Positions 17,978-27,764 of a DNA stretch of 64,000 nt are shown here, in pieces (the stretch's first letter is position 1; every line of letters begins with the position of its first letter). The DNA is from Nitrosopumilus sp. (lineage in GTDB: Archaea > Thermoproteota > Nitrososphaeria > Nitrososphaerales > Nitrosopumilaceae). Under the pieces are notes generated by a model that saw only the letters and a list, made by a program, of their open reading frames with translations, did not search any database and was not told the DNA's origin. Position numbers and translations under genes: made by a program. The DNA lies in the NCBI GenBank assembly GCA_965206745.1, contig OZ242220.1:128001-192000 (forward strand). The letters are read 5' to 3'.

Positions 17978-18734
17978 TTCTGGCCCTCCTTGACAAATTA
18001 TTTCTAATCTGGGTTATGTTCTCCCTCAAGTTCTTCTTGTTGTCAAAATCGGCAATTATTTTTTGGAGAGCCTTTCTATTTTTTTTTGAGAGTCTCTTTG
18101 ACTCATCAATTAGCAGATCAATTGCCCGCGTCACATTATCTACAATTGTAATGTTTGCAGCCTGTGAAGTTCTAGAGAGGGGATTCAGATCAAATGTTAT
18201 GACTGTCTTTCCCGCCCTTCTTAGTGCCATGGTCCTGTCCCCGTCTTCCAAAGGAACCAGGACGACATCTGCTGCAAAAATTCCGTCCTTGTCCACAATT
18301 CTTCTTGCAGAATCAATCCCTGGCAGCTTCTTAGATGAGTCAGTTTTTGAGCCTAGGACTTTGTCTGCCCCGTTCTTTTTGAGGGTCCTGATGATTGCCT
18401 TTTTTCTTTTTTCATCTGCATAAAACAGGTTCACCTCCAGCCTTGCATGGATCTGCCTTGAGAGTCTTACAACTTGTTTTGGACACAGTGCTGCCATGTT
18501 CCCATTAACTGAGATGACTGGCATCTCTGCCACGAGCAGCTGAGCGGCTGCGGCCTTGATGGCATGCAATGCAGTCCTTCCTGTCTTCTCCCCTAAAAGA
18601 TAATCAAAGGCCTCACCCCTGCCCTGGGCTAGGAGGCCTTCTTTTGCAACCAGCCCGTTCTCAAATCCCCGAACCAGCTTCTCACGAATCAAAAGTGATT
18701 TGGCTCTTGGATGTGATTTAGGAATTAGCGGCAT
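17970..18734 (-). CDS. Phosphopantothenate synthetase (archaeal PPS)
   Basis: GRGEAFDYL, SVNGN, PLEDGDR and DLNPLSRT. Confidence 0.93.
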   Translation of the reverse strand: MPLIPKSHPRAKSLLIREKLVRGFENGLVAKEGLLAQGRGEAFDYLLGEKTGRTALHAIKAAAAQLLVAEMPVISVNGNMAALCPKQVVRLSRQIHARLEVNLFYADEKRKKAIIRTLKKNGADKVLGSKTDSSKKLPGIDSARRIVDKDGIFAADVVLVPLEDGDRTMALRRAGKTVITFDLNPLSRTSQAANITIVDNVTRAIDLLIDESKRLSKKNRKALQKIIADFDNKKNLRENITQIRNNLSRRARIA

Positions 18735-18739
18735 GATCT

Positions 18740-19651
18740 TTAGTTACTTAGAACTCTGGCCCCATCATCATCCAACTCTGATCTTATCAAAATTCCATCA
18801 GGATATCTCTGCAAAATTTCCAAAACTCTGGATTCATCTTTTTGCGGTACCATCGAAAAGATTGTCTCGCCAAAAAGGGCAATCCCGCACTTGATGTTAT
18901 TATCGGATAACTCTCCAACTATCTTCTGCATTCTTGGAGTCATAATATCTACATACTTTGCAAATTCCAAGGACATGTCCTGAAAGTGATCATAGTCCCT
19001 TGACTCCAATAATCGGTTTACCATCTTGCCTCCCAGCCCGTTAATCTGTGGCAGACGTTCTTTGATGAATTTGTTTGTGGATATGGGGGAGAAGCAGATC
19101 ATGATGATTGAAATTTTTTCTGTTACGATCTTTTCAACAAGACCAATTCCTGGCGCACCTGCCTTGATGCGAATCTCAAATCCCCCGTGATAGGATGCCA
19201 GAACGTCTCCTAGTCCTGTCTTACAGTTGACTTCGGCATTGTGGGCAATTTGACCGACTGCCGTTCTCTTCAATTTGGTTCCAAGCCCTTGATCCAATGC
19301 AAATGACAGTGACAGTGCAACTGCGCTGCTAGAACCCAAGCCATAGCCGACTGGAATAGATATGTTGTGCTCTATCTCAAAGAACATGTCTGAAAATTCC
19401 CCTAGTTTCAAAAATTCATCTAGCACGTACTGTGAAACATCCGTCTTGTCTGACTGATACCCGTTTGTTGTAATTTTAAAATTTGATTCCCGGCTGCCCC
19501 TTCTCTGAATCTTTACCCTAGTTGTGACTCCGTGTTTGATTGAAAAACCTGCACCCATGGATCCCAGACTCTCTGAATCCTTTTGATTGCCCTCTAAATG
19601 GGCCTTGAAGAAACCTGTGATGTGTGCTGGACAAAATGCCTTTGCTTCCAT
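18740..19651 (-). CDS. Pantoate kinase (GHMP family)
   Basis: PAHITGFF, GYGLGSS and TGLGDV; part of the CoA cluster. Confidence 0.9.
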   Translation of the reverse strand: MEAKAFCPAHITGFFKAHLEGNQKDSESLGSMGAGFSIKHGVTTRVKIQRRGSRESNFKITTNGYQSDKTDVSQYVLDEFLKLGEFSDMFFEIEHNISIPVGYGLGSSSAVALSLSFALDQGLGTKLKRTAVGQIAHNAEVNCKTGLGDVLASYHGGFEIRIKAGAPGIGLVEKIVTEKISIIMICFSPISTNKFIKERLPQINGLGGKMVNRLLESRDYDHFQDMSLEFAKYVDIMTPRMQKIVGELSDNNIKCGIALFGETIFSMVPQKDESRVLEILQRYPDGILIRSELDDDGARVLSN

Positions 19652-19716
19652 TAATTTGAGTTTAAATTCTACACAAAATATAAGAATATGGCTTAAATTA
19701 CTTAAATTAGTATAAA

Positions 19717-20697
19717 TTGACTAAATTCATTCGACGCCTACAGAGGATTGGTAGCAGCATATTGGTATCACTGCCCAAAGAGTGGGTTGATGCAAATAAT
19801 CTTGACAAGGGCAGCCAGGTTGAACTTGATACCGGCCAGGATAGCATCTCCCTGTCTGCCAACAAGGAGACCCGGCCAACAAAGGAGATTGTGATCTCCT
19901 ACCCGCTACCAAAGGAGGAGAACATTGTTGCAAACATTACCGGCGCATATCTTTTGGGATACGATGTCATCATAATCAACTCAAAGTCCATCCTTCCAGG
20001 CAAAGATAGGGAGGAGATCAGAAATTCGATGAGAAGGCTAGTTGGAATGGAGATCATTGAAGAGGACGCATCCCACATTAACATGCAATTTCTTTTAGAT
20101 GCAACGACACTCAATCCGTCAAAAATTCTCAAAAGGATGAGCTCTATCGCGCTTGGCATGTATGATGATGTACTAAACGGATTAATCGCAGATGACAAGT
20201 CCAATCTTCAAACACTGTCAAACCGCGACGTTGAGGTGAATAGACAGTATTTCCTGCTTGTCCGTTTAATTCGCAGCACACTAGTTGATAAAAGACTCTC
20301 CAACGCATTTAATCTGGAAAATATAGACATACTTGATTACAGGGTTGCTGCAAACGGTCTTGAAAATGCCGGCGATTCCATCGTCGAGCTCTCAAACTTT
20401 ATCCTGAATTTTTCACTATCAAAAGAGCTCTCTAACAAAATTCATGATGTGGTAAAGGACTTTAACAAACTTGCCGAAAAATGCATCGATGCCTTCACAA
20501 AGCCTGATAGATTCTTGGCCATAGAGGCCATCTCAATGCATAAAAAATATGAGAAGAGACTCAGTTTACTCAAAACCACACTAGGCAGCAAAAAACAGAT
20601 TCCCTTGGATTTTCTTGATTTGGTCTACATGTTTGAGAGAATCGCGCAGTCCTGGGCTGATGTTGCAGATCTTGTACAGCCCATCTATAATGAGTAG
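19717..20697 (+). CDS. AbrB-PhoU phosphate uptake regulator
   Basis: N-terminal RRLQ..GSS..VSLPKEW followed by PhoU helical repeats. Confidence 0.88.
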   Translation: MTKFIRRLQRIGSSILVSLPKEWVDANNLDKGSQVELDTGQDSISLSANKETRPTKEIVISYPLPKEENIVANITGAYLLGYDVIIINSKSILPGKDREEIRNSMRRLVGMEIIEEDASHINMQFLLDATTLNPSKILKRMSSIALGMYDDVLNGLIADDKSNLQTLSNRDVEVNRQYFLLVRLIRSTLVDKRLSNAFNLENIDILDYRVAANGLENAGDSIVELSNFILNFSLSKELSNKIHDVVKDFNKLAEKCIDAFTKPDRFLAIEAISMHKKYEKRLSLLKTTLGSKKQIPLDFLDLVYMFERIAQSWADVADLVQPIYNE

Positions 20698-21213
20698 CTA
20701 GCATAATTTTTTCTTTGCAGCATATGTCAGGACCGCACATATCGTTTTTGAATCTTGAATCTTGCCAGTCTTTATCATTGATACAAGTTTTTTAAAATCC
20801 ATTTTTACCACGGACAATATCTCATCCTCGTCTAGTTTCAGGCCAGATGTCTTCTTTACACCCGAGGCCACAAAGCAGTGGATTACCTCTGCATTATACC
20901 CAATTGACGGATAGTACGTGATTAGGGGGGTCATCTTTTTTGCCCTGTATCCCGTCTCCTCCTCCAACTCCCTAAATGCGCATGTTACGGGCTTTTCTCT
21001 CTTTTCCAGCGTGCCTGCAGGGATCTCCAGGACATACCCGTGTGGGAATCTGTGCTGTTTTACAAGAATCACTTTTTTATCCTCGTCAAAGGCAAGCATT
21101 GCCGCAGCTCCCCTGTGCTTGATGACCTCCCGCTTGACTCTCCTGCCTTCTATCTTTCCGTCATAGACACTAAGGCCCAAAATCCTTCCTTCGTAGATCT
21201 TTGTCTCCTTCAT
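20698..21213 (-). CDS. NUDIX hydrolase (ADP-ribose pyrophosphatase-like)
   Basis: Nudix box PAG...RELEEETG; DSKT. Confidence 0.9.
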   Translation of the reverse strand: MKETKIYEGRILGLSVYDGKIEGRRVKREVIKHRGAAAMLAFDEDKKVILVKQHRFPHGYVLEIPAGTLEKREKPVTCAFRELEEETGYRAKKMTPLITYYPSIGYNAEVIHCFVASGVKKTSGLKLDEDEILSVVKMDFKKLVSMIKTGKIQDSKTICAVLTYAAKKKLC

Positions 21214-21447
21214 GTAATATGTGTAAAATTAGACTCTGTTAAGTTATCGGATCTTGCCTTGAAATTTTCAGTCTGATATATTTGAAACTATATTGATAAC
21301 AACAAAGATTGATGCATCAATTACCGATAGTATTTCTGACAGATGTCGTGTTCGCAACAAACCACATCTGATGTTTAGTCTCCAATTTCACAGCATCAAA
21401 ATGATTGCTTCGAATTATTTTAATATCTTATATTTTACAAATTTGTA

Positions 21448-23217
21448 TTGGCTGGAAATGCAATACTGGTACTAGCAGTGCTATTTGTTGGTATAATGAC
21501 TATTCCGGCATATGCAGAATCCTCTCCACGGGAACAACTCAAAGACGGCATTCCAATAAACCAGATCCAGTGCGGTGAGGAAAAGACCCTCATACAGTCA
21601 GCTGCAGGCAAGCCTGCATGCGTCTTTGGTGCCACCTTGGAGAGACTCCTTGTGCGTGGATGGAGCATTATAGAAATCGAGCCGGCCCCTGAACCTCAAG
21701 TGGTATTAGACACACCATCTGACCAACCGACAGAAGAGTATTCTCCTGAAGATGACATCATGTATCTACTAGCTCGTGGCCACATCACCACAAAGCATGC
21801 CCCAAAGCTGCCAGACCCTGATGCAGTCTGGTTTCCCATGCCCCTTGCAGATGCCGAAGTAGTACTGCAGCGTCTTTTAGATGCATACGATGACAGGATT
21901 GTATTATATGAGGAACCAAATAATTATTGCCATACTTTGGGCACGTGTCGTGTTCCCAACAGTACCGGCACCCTTCAACCCTCTTTAGAGTACAAGGGAA
22001 GTTATTTCTATGCCACAGAAAAGGGTGGTGAGGTTGTATTAAAAAAGAAATATCCCTCACATACAGATTCTGACATTGATTCGCCACATGCCATAAACAG
22101 AATAGAATACACCATACCCGAGCGTGTCCCATATGATCAACGGGAAGAGTTTATCACCTCGTTTATGGACAAGGCCGGATTTTACAACTCCTACATAGGT
22201 GGTCATCTAAGTGACAAGTTTGTTGTCTATGGAGGAATGGATCCCGTAGACGTATCTGATTCGTATGTATATTCAAGCAAGAAGGCAGGCACGGAGATAA
22301 GCTTCTCTGGCTGGACAAATAATGCAGAATCACTTTATGATTTGTTTCTAAGTGAGCCAGAACTGGAAAGGCGTGCATTCGAATTTGCAAGAAAACACAT
22401 GCATCTGATTAAACCGGAACTTTGTGAAACATTTAGGGAAAAACCTCTATCAGGCCGTGCATTTGATGGATTCACATCTGCCGGAACTTCATTTGCGAGT
22501 ATATCCATAGGTTATTGTGACGGAATAGATAGATCGTCTATGATGCTAGTAAATGTAGAAGACCTGGAAGGTAAGATCGCCTATTTTAAATATTCTACGG
22601 ATTTAGTTGATGACTGGTATGAAAGAGTTGATACTCCAAAATATGCCCTGGCTCATTTGCAATCAAAAATGCAGGAGCAATCAGGAACAGCTAAATCAAT
22701 ACCAACTATAAAACCAATCACAGTCACATCAACAAAGGACCTCTTTGAATCCAGTTATCATGAAAACGGAAATTTGATAGATGAGAAATGGTACCATGAA
22801 AGCGGAAATCCAAAAACTCAAAAAAAATACAATCTGCTTGGAAATGGAAATTTGGAACGGGAAACCCATTACCATGATGATTATAACGGATTTATAAAAT
22901 CTGACAAAGAGTGGCATGATAATGGACAATTATCAAGCGAGGGAGAATGGCATGAAAATGGAAAAACAAAATTTCGACGTACCTGGCATGATAATGGACA
23001 ATTATCATATGACATCATTTGGACATATGATGAAAATTGGAAATCACACTCTCTAAGCAAACTTTATTATGAAAATGGAAATTTATACATCGAGTCAAAA
23101 AAGGTTGGTTCACTAAATCATGATCAGATGATGCCGAAATATTATAGAGATTACTATGAGAATGGAGAATCCAGTTCTGAACGACACTATGACGACTATG
23201 GAAAAGAAATTTGGTAA
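21448..23217 (+). CDS. Secreted protein with thaumarchaeal Cys-pair N-terminal domain and C-terminal MORN-variant (YwqK-like) repeats
   Basis: Signal peptide; SP..Q...G....I.C......PACV......L..RGW; repeated [YW][HY][ED]NG.L. Confidence 0.75.
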   Translation: MAGNAILVLAVLFVGIMTIPAYAESSPREQLKDGIPINQIQCGEEKTLIQSAAGKPACVFGATLERLLVRGWSIIEIEPAPEPQVVLDTPSDQPTEEYSPEDDIMYLLARGHITTKHAPKLPDPDAVWFPMPLADAEVVLQRLLDAYDDRIVLYEEPNNYCHTLGTCRVPNSTGTLQPSLEYKGSYFYATEKGGEVVLKKKYPSHTDSDIDSPHAINRIEYTIPERVPYDQREEFITSFMDKAGFYNSYIGGHLSDKFVVYGGMDPVDVSDSYVYSSKKAGTEISFSGWTNNAESLYDLFLSEPELERRAFEFARKHMHLIKPELCETFREKPLSGRAFDGFTSAGTSFASISIGYCDGIDRSSMMLVNVEDLEGKIAYFKYSTDLVDDWYERVDTPKYALAHLQSKMQEQSGTAKSIPTIKPITVTSTKDLFESSYHENGNLIDEKWYHESGNPKTQKKYNLLGNGNLERETHYHDDYNGFIKSDKEWHDNGQLSSEGEWHENGKTKFRRTWHDNGQLSYDIIWTYDENWKSHSLSKLYYENGNLYIESKKVGSLNHDQMMPKYYRDYYENGESSSERHYDDYGKEIW

Positions 23218-23500
23218 CTGGTGTCTGTGAGGGTATACATGTCTGCAAAGATTCTAAACGAGGACTGTCTTACTGATTATGGTGTGCATTTCCGTCACTA
23301 GGGAAATGGAATCAAGCACGTATTTCGTGCGCAAAATCATGATTTTACTCAGATGCGACACAAGATCTATCTGTGACAGGATTCAATCCTTCTGAATGCA
23401 TAGTAAATCTCTTATTGTATCAAATTACGAAAATTTCATTGAATAAGGTTATTTTGTTATTAATGCAGATAACATCAAGTGCAGATAGAGCAACGTTACA

Positions 23501-24763
23501 ATGAACAGAACTATAGTTGTAACAATATGTGCAGTACTGGTTGCATCCTCGATCATACTGTACGGTTCAAGCCAAATTGCACAGACAGGTACGGTAGATG
23601 CAATACCATATGATGGAACACAGATAATCTCAGAATCCATATCCTCTGCAAACAATCAATTTGCAGTTGACTTTTACAAGCAAGTTCTAGATGAAGAGTC
23701 AAGCAAAAACATATTCTTCTCACCTGCCAGCATGTATGTCGCATTCTCGCTTTTGTACGAGGGTGCCAAACAAGACACAGCACAGCAGATAGAAGATGTC
23801 TTTGGGTTTGAATCAGACGCATTTACACGACACAACGCCACAGCACATGCACTATCCTCGTTGAACCGTGATGATGATTACGCAACACTAAACATGGCAA
23901 ATGCACTGTGGATTGCAGATGATTTTGCCCCATACGAATCCTATCTTGATGTTGCGCGCAGCACATATCTTGCAGGGGCACAGACAGTGGACTTTACAGA
24001 TGAGAATGACAGTGTAAAGAGGATAAATGATTGGGTCGCTGAGAAAACCAATGACAAGATTAAAGAGGTGATAACTAGAGAAGATGTAAACAAACAGACA
24101 GCAATGGTGATAAACAATGCAATCTACTTCAAGGGGACATGGCTGACGCAGTTTCCAGAGTGGGATACAAGGGAATCAGAGTTTCATATAGATGCCACAA
24201 ACAGCGTCAATGCAGATTTTATGAATGTGGAAAGTGCGTTTAACTACACCCATTCAGACGGTGCCCAAATGCTTCAGATGCCGTACAAGGGTGACAGGCT
24301 GTCCATGCTGGTAATTTTACCTGTCGATCCTGATATGAGACAGTTTGAAGAGTCTCTGTCTGCCCAGCAGATACAGAGATGGGCAGATGGCATGACAATG
24401 CGTGATATATCTGTCTCGATGCCAAAATTTGAGACAAGGACAAACTATCTTTTGAATGATCACCTGACTGCAATGGGAATGCCTGATGTTTTTGATGAAT
24501 TTATTGCGGATTTGTCAGGCATTGGAATTATTCCGCCTGGGGAAAATCTGTATGTGAGCAAGGCAACTCAAGATGCGTATGTCAAGGTAAACGAGGAAGG
24601 AACAGAGGCAGCAGCCATTACCACCACCGTCTTATCTTTCCGCGAATCAGGTTCTTCAGATGTGCAGCCATTCATCGTTGATCATCCCTTCTTGTTTGTC
24701 ATACAGGATGATGAGAGCGGCATGATCCTATTCATGGGGCGAATCTCGAATCCTACATCCTAA
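23501..24763 (+). CDS. Serpin (serine protease inhibitor), exported or anchored
   Basis: NIFFSP, NAIYFKGTW, hinge EEGTEAAA, DHPFLF and LFMGRI.NP; hydrophobic N-terminus. Confidence 0.95.
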   Translation: MNRTIVVTICAVLVASSIILYGSSQIAQTGTVDAIPYDGTQIISESISSANNQFAVDFYKQVLDEESSKNIFFSPASMYVAFSLLYEGAKQDTAQQIEDVFGFESDAFTRHNATAHALSSLNRDDDYATLNMANALWIADDFAPYESYLDVARSTYLAGAQTVDFTDENDSVKRINDWVAEKTNDKIKEVITREDVNKQTAMVINNAIYFKGTWLTQFPEWDTRESEFHIDATNSVNADFMNVESAFNYTHSDGAQMLQMPYKGDRLSMLVILPVDPDMRQFEESLSAQQIQRWADGMTMRDISVSMPKFETRTNYLLNDHLTAMGMPDVFDEFIADLSGIGIIPPGENLYVSKATQDAYVKVNEEGTEAAAITTTVLSFRESGSSDVQPFIVDHPFLFVIQDDESGMILFMGRISNPTS

Positions 24764-24860
24764 ATCGGCACTGTTGCCCATGAAAAACTAAATTAAAATC
24801 TTGGTTACAGAGTTTATCCATATTTGACATGTGGTTTTACTATGCAGAAATTATTCTTAC

Positions 24861-25763
24861 CTAACTAGTTTGATATGTCAAGTGCAATTTTGGTGATCTC
24901 TTGAAATTGCTTATTGCCTTTTCTATCCACTCTGTGTGAACTGAGATCTTTTTTGGAATGAATAGATCGGCTGATTTTATGTTTTTAACATTTCTAACCT
25001 TCTGTGTCAGATCATCCATCTTGAAGATATCATCACTATACATGAATAAGACGATCTGATTCTTTGCTATAAAGGGAATCTGCAAATATGATTCAGCAAA
25101 TGAGTCATTCAGACTTTCCAATGTCTCTTTCAGATCCCCCTCTATCCAAGTAAGTATGGCATGGGGAATAAAGTCCTCAATCTTTCTGGGATCATACACC
25201 AGAGTAAACTGTATGCCGTCATTTTCATGTAATTTTTCCATGCACCTTGCGATTGTTTTTGTCGCCATCTTTGTATTTCTTGCAATCTGTTCTATCCTCT
25301 GTCTAGGATCTTTGATCAGCTCTTCTAGGATCTCTAGATCCGTTTTTGTAAGATTCGAACTATATCCTGGGTTCTCTGCCTCAAAAATAGACAAGATTCT
25401 GACATCCTTCATCAATTCCTTTACAAGTTCAATCTTTTGATCCATGTCCTCCTTTATAGAAATCCCGCAGACCGTAGTTCCGCCCACACACGGGACCACA
25501 AAATACGGCTCGCCTACAAGACTTGCCTGCTCTAAAATTTCTGTCACATTCTCCCCTGATACCACAAAATACAGTATTCCATAGCCTAGTACGGGGGGCT
25601 CAACCTTGATGAAGAACTCTTCAATGATCTTCTTCTTTTGCATCTTTTGAATTCTGGCCCTGACTGCTCCACCGGACATTCCCAATTCCATGCCTATCTG
25701 TCTGTCAGATTCTCTACAGTTGTTGAGTAATCTGCTTAGAATTTTCATATCTAAATTGTCCAT
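24861..25763 (-). CDS. AsnC/Lrp-family regulator with tandem HTH units
   Basis: MDNLDMKIL..L and TKTDLEILEELIKDPR duplicated HTH starts. Confidence 0.85.
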   Translation of the reverse strand: MDNLDMKILSRLLNNCRESDRQIGMELGMSGGAVRARIQKMQKKKIIEEFFIKVEPPVLGYGILYFVVSGENVTEILEQASLVGEPYFVVPCVGGTTVCGISIKEDMDQKIELVKELMKDVRILSIFEAENPGYSSNLTKTDLEILEELIKDPRQRIEQIARNTKMATKTIARCMEKLHENDGIQFTLVYDPRKIEDFIPHAILTWIEGDLKETLESLNDSFAESYLQIPFIAKNQIVLFMYSDDIFKMDDLTQKVRNVKNIKSADLFIPKKISVHTEWIEKAISNFKRSPKLHLTYQTS

Positions 25764-25879
25764 TATATCACCAAAACTGACTCCATTAACGATATAAATA
25801 ACTAATATTATATTAAATTGTCTATATCATTAGCATTATGTACCATATACATTAAATATTAGACTATTTTATCCACCTT

Positions 25880-27067
25880 ATGGATTATAGGGTGAAACTG
25901 GCAAAGAGGATGCTTTTCAATAAAAAAGGCAGTCTGATTGGAGCCGTCCTAGCAGTTACAATCGGAATCCTAGTCATTCACGTAAACTTTGTAATCTTTC
26001 AGGGACTCTTTGATGCAATAGTTCGAGATATCCGTGATTATACCACCGGTGATCTCATTGTGACTGATGAATTTGACTTTATTGATAAATCAGATCAGTC
26101 GCTGGTTCGATGGTTTGAGCGAATCCCAGTTGTACAAGCCGCGACGCCGCGGCTGTCTTCAGTTGCAGAGATGAACATAACCAAAAATGGAAAGCTTGTT
26201 GAGGAGACCAGAATACAATTGGTGGGAATTGATCCATTCAACGACATTAGAGCATCCACAGTATATCAAACCGTCTCAGAGGGAACCTATGTCTTTTCAA
26301 GAAACTCCCTAGTGTTGGGATCCAATGTGGCAGAAGATCTTGGAGGGGCAGAGGTTGGAGACAGTGTAAAAGTCTTGGTAGTTGATAGACGGGGCCAGGA
26401 TCAGATTCGAAGGTTCATAGTAAGCGGAATTGCAAACTCTCCAGGTGGCCAAGGATTTGACTATTCCGGAGTTATTCATATTGATACCTTACGTGACATG
26501 ATGGATCGACCTGGAGATACAGGCTCACTTATAGTAAAACTCCATGATCAATCCAAATCTTTAGAAGTCAAGGAATTCTTTCTGAGTTCATTCCCAAATG
26601 ATGATTTTATTGCTGAAACTATAGAGGAGGCATCTGAAGCACAGCTTGAAGGTTTTAGATCCGGCATTGCCCTGATTAACCTGATAGGATACTTTGGAAT
26701 GATGTCATCTGCATTTGCAATTGTTACGATTCAGATGATGTTGGTAAATGGCAAAACAAGGGAGATTGGCGTTATGAGGGCAATAGGGGCCAAACGCAAG
26801 GATATCCTGATAATCTTTATCTTCCAAGGAATGATAATTGGGGCCATAGGGGCCGGTGTGGGAACTGCAGCAGGATTAGGCTATACAGTATATGCAAAAG
26901 AGACCAAAATGTCATTTAATGGCAGCCTGGCCTTGGAGGTGACCTACAACTGGGAAAAAATAATTCAGACTGCCCTGACCTCGTTTGCCCTGGCAATCAT
27001 TGCGTCACTGTATCCGTCGTATAGGGCAACCAAACTACTACCTGTGGAGGCGATGAGAACTGTCTAG
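25880..27067 (+). CDS. ABC transporter permease (MacB/FtsX/LolCE family)
   Basis: REIGVMRAIGA and YPSYRATKLLPVEAMR. Confidence 0.9.
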   Translation: MDYRVKLAKRMLFNKKGSLIGAVLAVTIGILVIHVNFVIFQGLFDAIVRDIRDYTTGDLIVTDEFDFIDKSDQSLVRWFERIPVVQAATPRLSSVAEMNITKNGKLVEETRIQLVGIDPFNDIRASTVYQTVSEGTYVFSRNSLVLGSNVAEDLGGAEVGDSVKVLVVDRRGQDQIRRFIVSGIANSPGGQGFDYSGVIHIDTLRDMMDRPGDTGSLIVKLHDQSKSLEVKEFFLSSFPNDDFIAETIEEASEAQLEGFRSGIALINLIGYFGMMSSAFAIVTIQMMLVNGKTREIGVMRAIGAKRKDILIIFIFQGMIIGAIGAGVGTAAGLGYTVYAKETKMSFNGSLALEVTYNWEKIIQTALTSFALAIIASLYPSYRATKLLPVEAMRTV

Positions 27068-27764
27068 CGTACTTGAAGTTAGCAATCTCGATAAAATTTA
27101 TGGCGAGGCTGACAACCAGGTAAAGGCCCTTGATGATGTTTCATTTTCAATCAAACGGGGAGAAATCGTTCTAATCGTGGGAAGCTCCGGTTCTGGCAAA
27201 TCCACGCTACTTAACATGATTGGACTGCTGGATCGTCCAACTGGTGGCAAAGTCAGCATCGATGGAATTGACACTACAAAACTAAACGATGGCCAAATCT
27301 CGTCGTTTAGAAATACCAAATTGGGATTTATTTTTCAATTCTCTAACCTGCTGACTGATCTTTCGGTCTTGGAAAATGTACTGTTACCCGTACAAATCTC
27401 CGCTACTGCCAAGATCACTGAAAAGGATGCCAAGGAACTGCTGAAGATAGTCGGCCTTGAAAGTCAAATGTATAAACGCGCAAACAAAATATCTGGCGGA
27501 CAAGCTCAGAGGGTAGCCATTGCAAGGGGACTGATCAACAGGCCATCTATCGTGTTGGCCGATGAGCCAACTGGCAACCTTGATTCAGTTACCTCGGAGA
27601 CCATAGTGCAACTGATGAAATCAATGGCAAAAAAACTGAATCAGACCTTCATCATAGTCACACACGACAGACAACACTTTGGTGATGTTGACAGAGTGAT
27701 CACAATCAAGGATGGCAGAGCGTTTGAGGGTGACGTGCCATCAAAGATGGAGGTTGCCGCATGA
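27060..27764 (+). CDS. ABC transporter ATP-binding protein (LolD-like)
   Basis: GSSGSGKS, SGGQ and LADEPTGNLD. The homologous N-terminus (VLEVSNLDKIYG) extends back to CTG at 27060. Confidence 0.9.
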   Translation: MSSVLEVSNLDKIYGEADNQVKALDDVSFSIKRGEIVLIVGSSGSGKSTLLNMIGLLDRPTGGKVSIDGIDTTKLNDGQISSFRNTKLGFIFQFSNLLTDLSVLENVLLPVQISATAKITEKDAKELLKIVGLESQMYKRANKISGGQAQRVAIARGLINRPSIVLADEPTGNLDSVTSETIVQLMKSMAKKLNQTFIIVTHDRQHFGDVDRVITIKDGRAFEGDVPSKMEVAA

